NCBI GenBank assembly: GCA_031259905.1 | Contig: JAIRKS010000058.1 | Coordinates: forward strand, 1 to 27,297 | Source: Odoribacteraceae bacterium | Lineage (GTDB): Bacteria > Bacteroidota > Bacteroidia > Bacteroidales > Marinifilaceae | Direction of reading: 5' to 3' | DNA: 27,297 nt | In this document: positions 1 through 8,229 of the stretch, one piece after another | Layout: every line of letters starts with the position of its first letter | Position numbering within the stretch: the stretch's first letter is position 1 | Notes under the pieces: generated by a model | Databases searched by the model: none | Told to the model about the DNA's origin: nothing | The model's input: the letters and a program-made list of their open reading frames with translations, nothing else | Translations under genes and position numbers: made by a program

Positions 1-636
1 GTAGTAGAAGAACTTCCCGCGATCCTCGTCCGGGAAGCTGATCTCGAAGGGCGTTTTCGTGTCGAGGGCCTGGTTGACAAGCTCCTCGACCCGCGTCACG
101 GGTTTGTCGGAGAGCGCCCAGCGGAGGAAGGCGGCGTGTTGCCCGCGGGGTTTTCTTTTCCTGGTAATGATGCCGTGAGCGCTCTCGCTGCCGAAGTGCA
201 CCCTGATCACGCGCATACGGGACGTGTCGGCGCGTGACGCCGGGTGTTTCTCGGCGACGGGGGCACGTTGCCGCGGGCCGTCGAAGCGCTCCGGCATGGC
301 CATGCGCTGGAGATCGCCGTTGGTGACGAGCGGGTTATCCTTCAGGAATCCCTTGTAGAGTTGCCTGTACGCGGCCTTTACCTTTCGCTCTTCCTGCTGC
401 ACGTCGAACGTGGCCAGCGGGGTGCGCGTCGACTCGTTGGCCCACGCGTCGAACGCCTCGACATAGCTCTCGTCCAGCGGCATGAAGACGTCCGTGATCC
501 ACTTTTCCTGGGCGCTTCCCTTCCCGAATCCCATCCTCTCCATGTTTCCCGGCGCGAGGAGGTACTTGACGCTTTGCTCTATCTGCTGGTTGAATTCCAG
601 TCGTTTCGTTTTTACCCAATCTGCTTCTCTTGCCAT
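1..636 (-). CDS. Conserved hypothetical protein, 3' end runs off the window (absent from the ORF track)
   Basis: Hand translation from ATG (cat at 634-636) is open for 212 codons to position 1: MAREADWVKTKRLEF...NPLVTNGDLQRMAMP...RKPRGQHAAFLRWALSDKPVTRVEELVNQALDTKTPFEISFPDEDRGKFFYY. It has an A-rich Bacteroidota-type pre-start (ACATTAAAAACAGAATAGTC) and GC-rich third codon positions. Confidence 0.85.
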   Translation of the reverse strand, partial: MAREADWVKTKRLEFNQQIEQSVKYLLAPGNMERMGFGKGSAQEKWITDVFMPLDESYVEAFDAWANESTRTPLATFDVQQEERKVKAAYRQLYKGFLKDNPLVTNGDLQRMAMPERFDGPRQRAPVAEKHPASRADTSRMRVIRVHFGSESAHGIITRKRKPRGQHAAFLRWALSDKPVTRVEELVNQALDTKTPFEISFPDEDRGKFFYY

Positions 637-662
637 GACTATTCTGTTTTTAATGTTTCGGC

Positions 663-686
663 GGGCAGGGATATGGCTCCCTGCCC
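663..686. other. Perfect 9-bp stem-loop in the putative 5' leader of the 1-636 gene
   Basis: GGGCAGGGA (663-671), 6-nt loop, TCCCTGCCC (678-686). Confidence 0.6.
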
Positions 687-692
687 TTGATG

Positions 693-923
693 TTTCTACT
701 TCCCCTCTTTCTCTTTCTACTTCAACCGATCACTTTTCTCCTTCGACCGGTCGCTTTTTTACTTAAACAATTCATCCTTTTCGTTCGACCGGTCACTTTT
801 TTACTTAAACAATCTATCCTTCGAGTTCGACCGATTCTCTTTCTACTTCAACCGGTTTCTTTTCGTCTGCAAAGGTATGGTTATTTCGTTCGACATTCCA
901 AATATTTCAACCGATATTTTTTT
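693..923. repeat. Degenerate 21-bp tandem array 1a (pyrimidine-rich on +), 11 in-phase units with the last three heavily decayed
   Basis: Units start at 693, 714, 735, 756, 777, 798, 819 and 840, for example TTTCTACTTCAACCGATCACT, TTTCTCCTTCGACCGGTCGCT and TTTTTACTTAAACAATTCATC. They translate on + as heptads FLLQPIT/FLLRPVA/FLLKQFI. Confidence 0.85.
870..902 (-). promoter_or_regulatory. Bacteroidota primary-sigma promoter (TTTG-N21-TAnnTTTG) pointing at the 1-636 gene
   Basis: Minus strand reads TTTG (902-899), a 21-nt spacer, then TACCTTTG (877-870) followed by CA. This is an exact match to the established Bacteroides -33/-7 consensus TTTG-N19-21-TAnnTTTG. Confidence 0.75.
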
Positions 924-1028
924 CCGGGAGCTCCCAAAATAATTTCGGGAGCTCCCAATTTTATTTTGGGAGCTCCCAAAATCATTTTGGGAGCTCCCAA
1001 TCTTATTTTGGGAGCTCCCAAAATTTTT
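924..1028. repeat. Array 1b: five tandem 21-bp palindromic units (core GGGAGCTCCC)
   Basis: Units start at 924, 945, 966, 987 and 1008. ATTTTGGGAGCTCCCAAAAT (963-982 and 1005-1024) is a perfect 20-bp palindrome. Confidence 0.95.
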
Positions 1029-1039
1029 TGTGGAATACA

Positions 1040-1123
1040 AAAAGAGGGTGGGAGTAATAGAAATCTCCAATGCTGAACGAGAAAAGAGGATGGGAGTAAT
1101 AGAAATCCCCGGTGGTGAACGAG
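1040..1123. repeat. Array 1c: two 42-bp direct repeats
   Basis: AAAAGAGGGTGGGAGTAATAGAAATCTCCAATGCTGAACGAG (1040-1081) versus AAAAGAGGATGGGAGTAATAGAAATCCCCGGTGGTGAACGAG (1082-1123). Confidence 0.9.
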
Positions 1124-1161
1124 AAAAGAAAGAGGGGAGGGTAGTCCGGTGAAAGGCAGGG

Positions 1162-2097
1162 TTATAACTCTCGCCTGGCGGCGGGTAACTCGAAGACGGC
1201 GCCGTCCTCGCACAGGCGGGTGTCGGGAAACACGAGGCGGGCCTGCTCCAGCAGGCAGGAAGGGTCAGGGTAACGGGAAGAGAAGTGGCCGAGCAGCAGC
1301 CGGCCGGCACCGGCCAGCAAGGCCAGTCGCGCGGCCTCTCCCGCGGTGCTGTGGAACGTCTCGCGGGCCAGCCGGGCGAGATCGTCGCCGTAAGTAGCCT
1401 CGTGGTAAAGCAAATCGACCCCCTTGCAATACTCCGCGTGGTCGGGGTGGAAAAGGGTGTCCGTCAGGTAAGCGTACGAGCGGGGCGCCGGGGCGGGCGT
1501 CGTGAGGCGCTCGTTGGCGATGACCTCGCCGTCGGGGGTGACGAAATCCTCGCCCTGCTTGAGGCGGTGCATGAAGGCCACGGGAACGCGGAACGCGTCG
1601 GTCATCTCCCGCCGGACGTGGCGCGGGCGCGGTCGCTCGGCGAAGAGGAAGCCGGACGAGGGCGCGTCGGCGCGGTGTAGCAGGGGGAAGGAGTGGACGG
1701 TGAGGGCCTTATCCTCGTGCAGGAGTTGCGCGTCGCGTCCGATGGGGTGGAAGTGCAGCGGGTAGCGCGGCCGGGAGTGCATCGCGCGCGACAGGAAGTC
1801 GATGATTCCCTGCAGCCTCTCGTCGGCGTAGACGTGCAGGTCTGCGCGTCGTCCCTGCAGCGAGAAGCTGGAGAGCAGCCCCGCGAGGCCGAAGAAGTGA
1901 TCCCCGTGCAGGTGGGAGATGAAAACGTGATTGATCCTGGTGTAGGGCACCTTGAAGCGCCGCAATTGCTGCTGCGTGCCCTCGCCGCAATCGATAAGAA
2001 AAAGCCGCCCCTGCACGTTGAGTACCTGGGCGGCCGAGTTTCGTTGTACCGTGGGCACGGCGGAGCCGCACCCCAGTATGGTCAGTTCAAATTTCAC
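1162..2097 (-). CDS. rnz: Ribonuclease Z
   Basis: LGCGSAVPT N-terminus, LIDCGEGTQ, HLHGDH metallo-beta-lactamase motif, YHEATY, HST and GHFSSRY. The GTG start overlaps the rpsA stop (GTGA). Confidence 0.96.
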   Translation of the reverse strand: MKFELTILGCGSAVPTVQRNSAAQVLNVQGRLFLIDCGEGTQQQLRRFKVPYTRINHVFISHLHGDHFFGLAGLLSSFSLQGRRADLHVYADERLQGIIDFLSRAMHSRPRYPLHFHPIGRDAQLLHEDKALTVHSFPLLHRADAPSSGFLFAERPRPRHVRREMTDAFRVPVAFMHRLKQGEDFVTPDGEVIANERLTTPAPAPRSYAYLTDTLFHPDHAEYCKGVDLLYHEATYGDDLARLARETFHSTAGEAARLALLAGAGRLLLGHFSSRYPDPSCLLEQARLVFPDTRLCEDGAVFELPAARREL

Positions 2098-4025
2098 GCG
2101 TCATTTTTCTCTCCTGATTCGGCTGCCTCGAGTTGGTCTTTCAAGGCGGCCAGCCCGGTGATGTCGCCCAGCGTGGTCTTCTCCAGCTTCTCTTTCACCC
2201 TCCTGACGGCTCTTTTCGTGGCGATGGCTTCCTCGCTTCGCTTGCTTCTCTCGACGGACTTGTGTTCGTCCTCGAAGACGCGCGAGTGGGAGAGGATGAT
2301 CCGCTTGTTGCTCTTGTTGAACTCGATCACCTTGAAGGGCAATTTCTCGTCGACCTTCGCCTGCGTCCCGTTGGCTTTCATCAGGTGGCGCGGCGTGGCG
2401 AATCCCTCGACGCCGTACGGTAAGGCGATGACCGCGCCCTTGTCGTACATCTCGGTGATGATCCCCTCGTAGATGGAGTCGAGCTTGAATACCGTCTCGA
2501 AGACGTCCCACGGGTTCTCTTCCAGCTGCTTGTGGCCGAGGCTGAGGCGCCGGTTGTCCTTGTCTATCTCGAGCACGATCACGTCGATGACCGCCCCGGC
2601 GTGGGTGAACTCGGCCGGGTGCTTCACTTTCCTCGTCCACGAGAGGTCGGAGATGTGAATCAGGCCGTCAACGCCCTCCTCGATCTCGACGAAGACACCG
2701 AAGTTGGTGAAGTTACGCACCGTGGCGACGTGCCTGCTACCGATGCCGTACTTCTCCTCGATGTTCTGCCACGGGTCTTTCTTCAGCTGCTTGATGCCGA
2801 GGGACATTTTCCGCTCGTCCCTGTCAAGGGTGAGGATGAGGGCCTCCACCTCGTCGCCGACCTTCATAAACTCCTGCGCCGAGCGCAAGTGCTGTGACCA
2901 TGACATTTCCGAGACGTGTATCAGGCCTTCCACGCCGGGGGCGATCTCCACGAACGCGCCGTAGTCGGCCATCACGACGACTTTTCCTTTTACCTTGTCG
3001 CCCACCTTCAAGTCACGGCTCAAGGCGTCCCACGGGTGCGGCGTGAGCTGCTTCAACCCGAGGGCGATGCGCTTCTTTTCGTCGTCGAAGTCGAGGATCA
3101 CGACGTTCAGTTTCTGATCCAGCTCGACGACCTCCTCCGGGTGGTTCACGCGGCCCCACGAAAGGTCGGTGATGTGCACCAGCCCGTCGACGCCGCCCAG
3201 GTCCACGAAGACGCCGTAGGAGGTAATGTTCTTGACGGTGCCTTCCAGCACTTGTCCTTTTTCCAGTTTCGAGATGATTTCTCTCTTTTGCAGCTCCAGC
3301 TCGGCCTCGATCAGTGCCTTGTGGGAAACCACCACGTTCTTGTACTCCTGGTTAATCTTCACCACTTTAAATTCCATCGTCTTGCCCACGTAAACGTCGT
3401 AGTCGCGAATCGGCTTCACGTCGATTTGCGATCCCGGCAGGAAGGCCTCGATGCCGAAGACATCGACGATCATGCCGCCTTTCGTGCGACATTTCACCAG
3501 GCCCTTGATGATTTCCTCGTTTTCGAGGGCCGAGTTGACGCGGCTCCAGCTTTGCAACGCCCTCGCTTTCTTGTGCGAGAGCAAGAGCTGGCCTTTTTTG
3601 TCTTCTTGCGTCTCGACGTACACCTCGACGGTGTCGCCGACTTTCAGGTCAGGGTTGTAGCGGAATTCGTTCAGCGAGATGATGCCGTCCGACTTGAAGC
3701 CGATGTTCACGACGACTTCTCTCTTGTTCATCGAGATGACGCGGCCGTTCACGACCTCTTTTTCCGTGACGGAGGCGAGGGTGTCGGTGTACCGCGTCGC
3801 GAGGGTTTCCCGTTCTTCCGCGGGGATGAGCGTGTTTTGCGCGTAGGCGTCCCAGTCGAACTCGGTGTCGGGCGCCTGGGTGTGCACCCGCGGCTTTTTC
3901 TCGATCTTGACCCGGACGCGCTTTTTCTCTTCTACCGGTGCCGTTTCCTGTTGTACCGGCGCTTGTTCTTCCAGCTGTCCCGCGACGTCGCTTTGCAGCT
4001 GCTCGTTGGTTGGTTCTGTTGTCAT
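2094..4025 (-). CDS. rpsA: 30S ribosomal protein S1
   Basis: Six S1 repeats (e.g. GVFVDLGGVDGLVHITDLSW, GAFVEIAPGVEGLIHVSEMSW), the Bacteroidota FDWDAY motif and a C-terminal KTTLGDI motif. Confidence 0.98.
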   Translation of the reverse strand: MTTEPTNEQLQSDVAGQLEEQAPVQQETAPVEEKKRVRVKIEKKPRVHTQAPDTEFDWDAYAQNTLIPAEERETLATRYTDTLASVTEKEVVNGRVISMNKREVVVNIGFKSDGIISLNEFRYNPDLKVGDTVEVYVETQEDKKGQLLLSHKKARALQSWSRVNSALENEEIIKGLVKCRTKGGMIVDVFGIEAFLPGSQIDVKPIRDYDVYVGKTMEFKVVKINQEYKNVVVSHKALIEAELELQKREIISKLEKGQVLEGTVKNITSYGVFVDLGGVDGLVHITDLSWGRVNHPEEVVELDQKLNVVILDFDDEKKRIALGLKQLTPHPWDALSRDLKVGDKVKGKVVVMADYGAFVEIAPGVEGLIHVSEMSWSQHLRSAQEFMKVGDEVEALILTLDRDERKMSLGIKQLKKDPWQNIEEKYGIGSRHVATVRNFTNFGVFVEIEEGVDGLIHISDLSWTRKVKHPAEFTHAGAVIDVIVLEIDKDNRRLSLGHKQLEENPWDVFETVFKLDSIYEGIITEMYDKGAVIALPYGVEGFATPRHLMKANGTQAKVDEKLPFKVIEFNKSNKRIILSHSRVFEDEHKSVERSKRSEEAIATKRAVRRVKEKLEKTTLGDITGLAALKDQLEAAESGEKNDA

Positions 4026-4083
4026 AAATTCAGTTGTTTACAATTTAATAAATCAGACATTATGTTTTGAAGTGATAATGACG

Positions 4084-4091
4084 CGAATGTA
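4084..4091 (-). promoter_or_regulatory. Possible -7 element for rpsA (TACATTCG)
   Basis: One mismatch to TAnnTTTG, about 60 nt upstream of the start, with no clear -33 box. Confidence 0.35.
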
Positions 4092-4243
4092 CGAATAAAT
4101 CTTCACTCCGCGGCGCGTTCCCGGATATTTCCGGCGAGGGGACGCGGGAACGCGAGCGGTCGCGCGAGGCCGGCGGGCATTGCCCGTGATAAAAAAAATA
4201 GCGCGTGGTGGCATTTTACGCGTCGAGGTGGGAAAAAATACCG

Positions 4244-4251
4244 TACATTTA
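4244..4251 (+). promoter_or_regulatory. Possible -7 element for the dcw operon (TACATTTA)
   Basis: One mismatch to TAnnTTTG, 24 nt upstream of the mraZ ATG. It shares CGTACATT with the divergent rpsA candidate. Confidence 0.4.
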
Positions 4252-4275
4252 CCTCGTGGAAATTAACACGATCAC

Positions 4276-4752
4276 ATGGTAGCTTTTGTCGGAGAATATA
4301 CATGTAAATTAGACCATAAGGGAAGAATGGTAGTCCCCGTGGCGATCCGTAAGGCATTATCGGAGGCCGGGGAAAGCGCCCTCGTGCTGCAACGGAACTT
4401 CCATCACGACTGTATTAACGTCTACGCGAAGGCCCAATGGATCAAGATGCTATCCGGCTTCCAAACGTCGCACTCCGTGCTGAGCGAGCGCGAGTCGAGC
4501 TTTATCCGGGAGTTTAACCGGGGAAGCGCCGAGGTGGAGCCGGACGAATCGTCGGGACGGATATTGATCCCGCGCAAGTTGCTCGACCGGATCGGGGCAA
4601 GGGACGAGGTGGTGCTCGTGGGGCAGGGCCTGAAACTCGAGATCTGGGAGAAGAAACGCTACGAGGAGGTCGAGTGCCCGCCGGGGGATACCGCCCGGAT
4701 GGCGTCCGAGATGCACGAACGATTGTGTCGCCCGCGAGACGAACGTCCGTGA
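4276..4752 (+). CDS. mraZ: Division/cell-wall cluster transcriptional repressor MraZ
   Basis: Two SpoVT/AbrB-type motifs (LDHKGRMVVP, DESSGRILIP), C-terminal LEIW, and first position in the dcw cluster. Confidence 0.93.
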   Translation: MVAFVGEYTCKLDHKGRMVVPVAIRKALSEAGESALVLQRNFHHDCINVYAKAQWIKMLSGFQTSHSVLSERESSFIREFNRGSAEVEPDESSGRILIPRKLLDRIGARDEVVLVGQGLKLEIWEKKRYEEVECPPGDTARMASEMHERLCRPRDERP

Positions 4753-4794
4753 ACGCGTGAAGGAAGTTTTTTTACCGTGTAGAAGTAATAAGGT

Positions 4795-5721
4795 ATGTAT
4801 CACAAGGCTGTTCTCCTGGAAGAATCCGTGACGGGGCTGAATATTCAGCCGGGGGGGATCTACCTGGACTTGACGTTCGGGGGAGGAGGACACGCGCGGG
4901 AGATCCTGAAACGAATGTCCGGGGGACGGCTGATCGGGTTCGACCGGGACGCGGAGGCGCGGGAGAACGTGCCGGGGGATGACCGGTTTATATTCGTGAA
5001 CCACAATTTCCGTTACTTGTCGCATTTCGCCCGCTATCACGGGTACGAGCACGTGGACGGTATCCTGGCAGACCTGGGGGTCTCGTGGCACGATTTTGAT
5101 ACCGCCGAACGCGGCTTCTCGTTTCGCTTCGATGCCCCGCTGGACATGCGGATGGATCGCCGCGGGACGCGGACAGCCGCGGACGTGTTGAACGAATCCA
5201 GCGAGGAGGAGCTGGAACGCGTCTTCCGGGAGTACGGCGAGGTGGAGAACGCGCGACAGCTCGCGCGTCTCGTTGCGGAGGCCCGCGGCAAGGGGCCGAT
5301 CCTTCGGACGGGGGAGTTCTTGCAGGCGATACAGTCGCGCGTGCCGGCGGCGAAGGAGAAGAAATACCTGGCGCGGGTGTTCCAGGCCCTGCGTATCGAG
5401 GTGAACGAGGAGATGGAGGCGCTCGAGGAGATGTTGCGGCAGGCGAGCATCGCGCTGCGTCCCGGGGGCCGCCTGGTGGTGATTACCTACCACTCGCTGG
5501 AGGATCGCGTCGTGAAGAACTTCCTCCGGTCGGGAAACTTCGAGGGGAAGGTGGAAAAGGATTTCCACGGGCGAGAGAAACGGCCGTTTGAACTCGTGAA
5601 CCGCAAGGTGATCGTGCCCGCGGAAGAGGAGATCGAGGAAAACCCACGGGCGCGTAGCGCTAAGTTACGCGTCGCCGAGAAAACGATGGACAGCGAGCAA
5701 CCTGTAACCGGTGAGTTATGA
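4795..5721 (+). CDS. rsmH: 16S rRNA m4C1402 methyltransferase RsmH
   Basis: YHKAVLLEE, DLTFGGGGH, LADLGVS, PLDMRMD, FQALRIEVN, ITYHSLEDR and NPRARSAKLR. Confidence 0.98.
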   Translation: MYHKAVLLEESVTGLNIQPGGIYLDLTFGGGGHAREILKRMSGGRLIGFDRDAEARENVPGDDRFIFVNHNFRYLSHFARYHGYEHVDGILADLGVSWHDFDTAERGFSFRFDAPLDMRMDRRGTRTAADVLNESSEEELERVFREYGEVENARQLARLVAEARGKGPILRTGEFLQAIQSRVPAAKEKKYLARVFQALRIEVNEEMEALEEMLRQASIALRPGGRLVVITYHSLEDRVVKNFLRSGNFEGKVEKDFHGREKRPFELVNRKVIVPAEEEIEENPRARSAKLRVAEKTMDSEQPVTGEL

Positions 5722-6104
5722 AAAAATTGAAGGGTGTTAATAAAGGCTTCCCCCGCCGCGGGAAACAGGGAAGGAAAGAGAGGCAGGAAACGCTGGACGA
5801 GGCACTGCGGGAGCTGATCGACGGGAAATTGCTCGGCGATAGGATTATCTGGAGGAACATGGGGCTGATCCTCTTCTTTACTTTCCTGATCATACTTTAT
5901 ATATATAACCGGAATCAGATCGAGGCTCGCTACCGGGCGCGTACCAGCCTGATACAGGAGGTGGAGAAGGCACGCTACGAGTCGCTCTCCGCTACCCTGG
6001 AATTGATGAAGATAAGCAGCCAGGCAGAGATCGTCCGCAGGATCGAACGGGAGGGACTGGGACTGGAAATAAGCAAAGAACCACCGGTAATCATCGAGAA
6101 ATGA
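5718..6104 (+). CDS. ftsL: FtsL-like cell division protein
   Basis: Single TM segment (ILFFTFLIILYIY) followed by a coiled coil, lying between rsmH and ftsI with an ATGA overlap. Confidence 0.8.
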   Translation: MKKLKGVNKGFPRRGKQGRKERQETLDEALRELIDGKLLGDRIIWRNMGLILFFTFLIILYIYNRNQIEARYRARTSLIQEVEKARYESLSATLELMKISSQAEIVRRIEREGLGLEISKEPPVIIEK

Positions 6105-6105
6105 C

Positions 6106-8226
6106 ATGCACGCGATGGAACAGGAAAACAAGTTGACCGCCCGCGTGGGATTTTTCTACGTGCTGGTGCTGGTGGTGGTGATCCCCCTCGTCATCGGCAA
6201 GATCCTGTACACCCAGGTGTGGGAGGGAGAGTACTGGAAACAACGAGGAATCACGGAGCTGGTGCAAGACAAGGAGGTGATGCCCGCGCGGGGGAACATC
6301 TGCGCGGAAGATGGCCGCCTGTTGTCCCTCTCGATACCCTCCTTCACGCTCTACTTCGACCCGCTCGCGAGCCAGGAGGAGCTTTTCAATGAGAAAGTCG
6401 ACAGCCTTTCACTGATGCTCTCCTCGCTCTTCAGGGATGCCTCCCCCGCGGCCTACCGGGAGAAAATATGGAACGCGCGGTACGGGGCCAGGCCGAACCG
6501 CTACCTGCGGATAGGATCTCGCGAGATAAACTACACCGAGTTTCTACGCGTGAAACAGTTCCCCCTGTTACGCGCCCCCAAGAAAAAGAATAAGAAGGAG
6601 AAAAAAAGTGCAAGTGGCCTGATCTCCACGCGACGGGAGAGCAGGAAATCCCCCTACGAACCGCTGGCCAAACGGACAATCGGGGCAGGATACCGGGACA
6701 ATGTCGGCCTGGAAGAAGCCTACGACGCGGATTTGAGGGGTATCCCCGGGATCAGCCGGGCGGAGATGCTCTCCGGTCTCTGGGTGCCGCGCGTGATCAA
6801 GGAGCCGGTGCACGGGTACGACGTGATCACCACGATAGACGTCGATTACCAGTACATCGTGCACGAGGCCCTGGAACGACAGTTGAAACGCTACAACGCG
6901 CGGGCAGGAGTGGCCGTGCTGATGGAGGTGAAGACGGGCGACGTCAAGGCCATCTCGAACCTGAGCCGGCAGGGGACAGGAGGAAATTACGCGGAGGCAT
7001 TGAATAGCGCCATCCGCAACGCGTTCGAGCCGGGATCTGTCTTCAAGGCCGCCACCATGATCGCCCTCCTCGAGGACGGTTACGTGCACCCCGACGACAC
7101 GGTCGACCTCGGGAACGGGGTCTATCACTTCCATGACGGGAGGCAGTTGAACGATGCCGCGCACGGGCACGTCGGGAAGGTGACGGTGCAACAGATGTTC
7201 GAGCAGTCGCTGAACGGGATCTCCACGCTCCTGTTCAAGCATTACGATAAACAACGAAAGCGATTCGTCGATCGGCTCTACGCCATGCAGCTGAACAAGA
7301 AGCTGGACGTGGAGATCACGGGGGAGGGCGTGCCGCTGATCCGTTACCCGACGGACAAGGAATGGTCGGGGAACACGTTGCCGTGGATGAGCATCGGTTA
7401 CGAGGTGATGTTGACGCCGATGCAAGTGCTCGCGTTCTACAACGCGCTGGCAAACGACGGGAAGCGAGTAAAGCCCCGCTTCGTCAAAGAAATACGCAAC
7501 GGGAAGGAAGTCGTGCGACGTGTCCCCGTGGAGGTGGTCAACCGCTCCATCTGTAGCCGGAAGACGCTCTCGTACCTGCGCGGCATGTTGGAAGGGGTGG
7601 TCGAGAACGGCACGGCGCGAAACCTGCGCGGCACCTCCTACGGGATCGCCGGCAAAACAGGCACGGCGCGGATAGCCGACGGCGCGCGAGGGTACGGGCA
7701 GAGAAAATACCTGGCCAGCTTCGTGGGGTATTTCCCGGCGCGCGAGCCGCTTTACTCCTGCATCGTGATGATAGAAGACCCGGTGCGGAGCGAGGGGTAC
7801 TACGGTAACGTGGTTTCCGGGAGCGTCTTCCGGGAAATATCGGACAAGGTGCACGCCCTGGCCTCCTCGAGGTACGGCGAGCCAACAGAGGAGGAGAGCG
7901 ATCACCTGCCGGTAAGCAAGAACGGCTATAAACCCGACCTGCTGACGCTCTACGACGCGTTGGACATTCGCGTGAAAGAGGAGGAGAAGAAAGCGGAATG
8001 GGTGTTGTCCTCCCGCGCGGATGGCGAAATCGTGTTGCGGCCGCGGGACGTGGATTTCTCCGTGGTGCCGAACGCGAGAGGGATGGGGCTGCGGGATGCC
8101 CTCTACGTGTTGGAAAATAGCGGGCTGAACGTGGGAGTGAGCGGCGCCGGCACGGTGATAAGACAAACGATAGAACCGGGCAGGAGAGTTTCCCGGGGAA
8201 GTTACATACATGTTGAATTGAGATAG
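6106..8226 (+). CDS. ftsI: Class B penicillin-binding protein (FtsI/PBP3) with C-terminal PASTA domain
   Basis: N-terminal TM, RGNICAEDGRLL, SxxK (EPGSVFK), SxN (QSLN), KTG (GKTGTA) and PASTA (VPNARGMGLRDA). The start could be 6115. Confidence 0.93.
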   Translation: MHAMEQENKLTARVGFFYVLVLVVVIPLVIGKILYTQVWEGEYWKQRGITELVQDKEVMPARGNICAEDGRLLSLSIPSFTLYFDPLASQEELFNEKVDSLSLMLSSLFRDASPAAYREKIWNARYGARPNRYLRIGSREINYTEFLRVKQFPLLRAPKKKNKKEKKSASGLISTRRESRKSPYEPLAKRTIGAGYRDNVGLEEAYDADLRGIPGISRAEMLSGLWVPRVIKEPVHGYDVITTIDVDYQYIVHEALERQLKRYNARAGVAVLMEVKTGDVKAISNLSRQGTGGNYAEALNSAIRNAFEPGSVFKAATMIALLEDGYVHPDDTVDLGNGVYHFHDGRQLNDAAHGHVGKVTVQQMFEQSLNGISTLLFKHYDKQRKRFVDRLYAMQLNKKLDVEITGEGVPLIRYPTDKEWSGNTLPWMSIGYEVMLTPMQVLAFYNALANDGKRVKPRFVKEIRNGKEVVRRVPVEVVNRSICSRKTLSYLRGMLEGVVENGTARNLRGTSYGIAGKTGTARIADGARGYGQRKYLASFVGYFPAREPLYSCIVMIEDPVRSEGYYGNVVSGSVFREISDKVHALASSRYGEPTEEESDHLPVSKNGYKPDLLTLYDALDIRVKEEEKKAEWVLSSRADGEIVLRPRDVDFSVVPNARGMGLRDALYVLENSGLNVGVSGAGTVIRQTIEPGRRVSRGSYIHVELR

Positions 8227-8229
8227 TTT

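Noticed and set aside
693-1123. Array 1 (or arrays 2 and 3) as a CRISPR array
   Set aside because: The units are contiguous with no unique spacers, the 21-bp period is far too short for a repeat plus spacer, and there are no cas genes in the window.
687-1310. ORFs 687-1076 (+), 843-1310 (-) and 881-1213 (-) as real genes
   Set aside because: They stay open because of the 21-bp periodic and palindromic DNA, overlap each other and a clear promoter, and show no recognisable domain. Translation is not excluded but is unsupported.
4114-4154. Inverted repeat CGCGTTCCC/GGGAACGCG between the divergent rpsA and mraZ genes
   Set aside because: A 9-bp stem with a 23-nt loop in very GC-rich DNA, lying upstream of both candidate promoters, is compatible with chance.
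4200-4262. MraZ-binding boxes upstream of mraZ
   Set aside because: GTGG occurs at 4205, 4208, 4228 and 4256 but not as the three 10-bp-phased repeats expected for MraZ sites, so it is not supportable.
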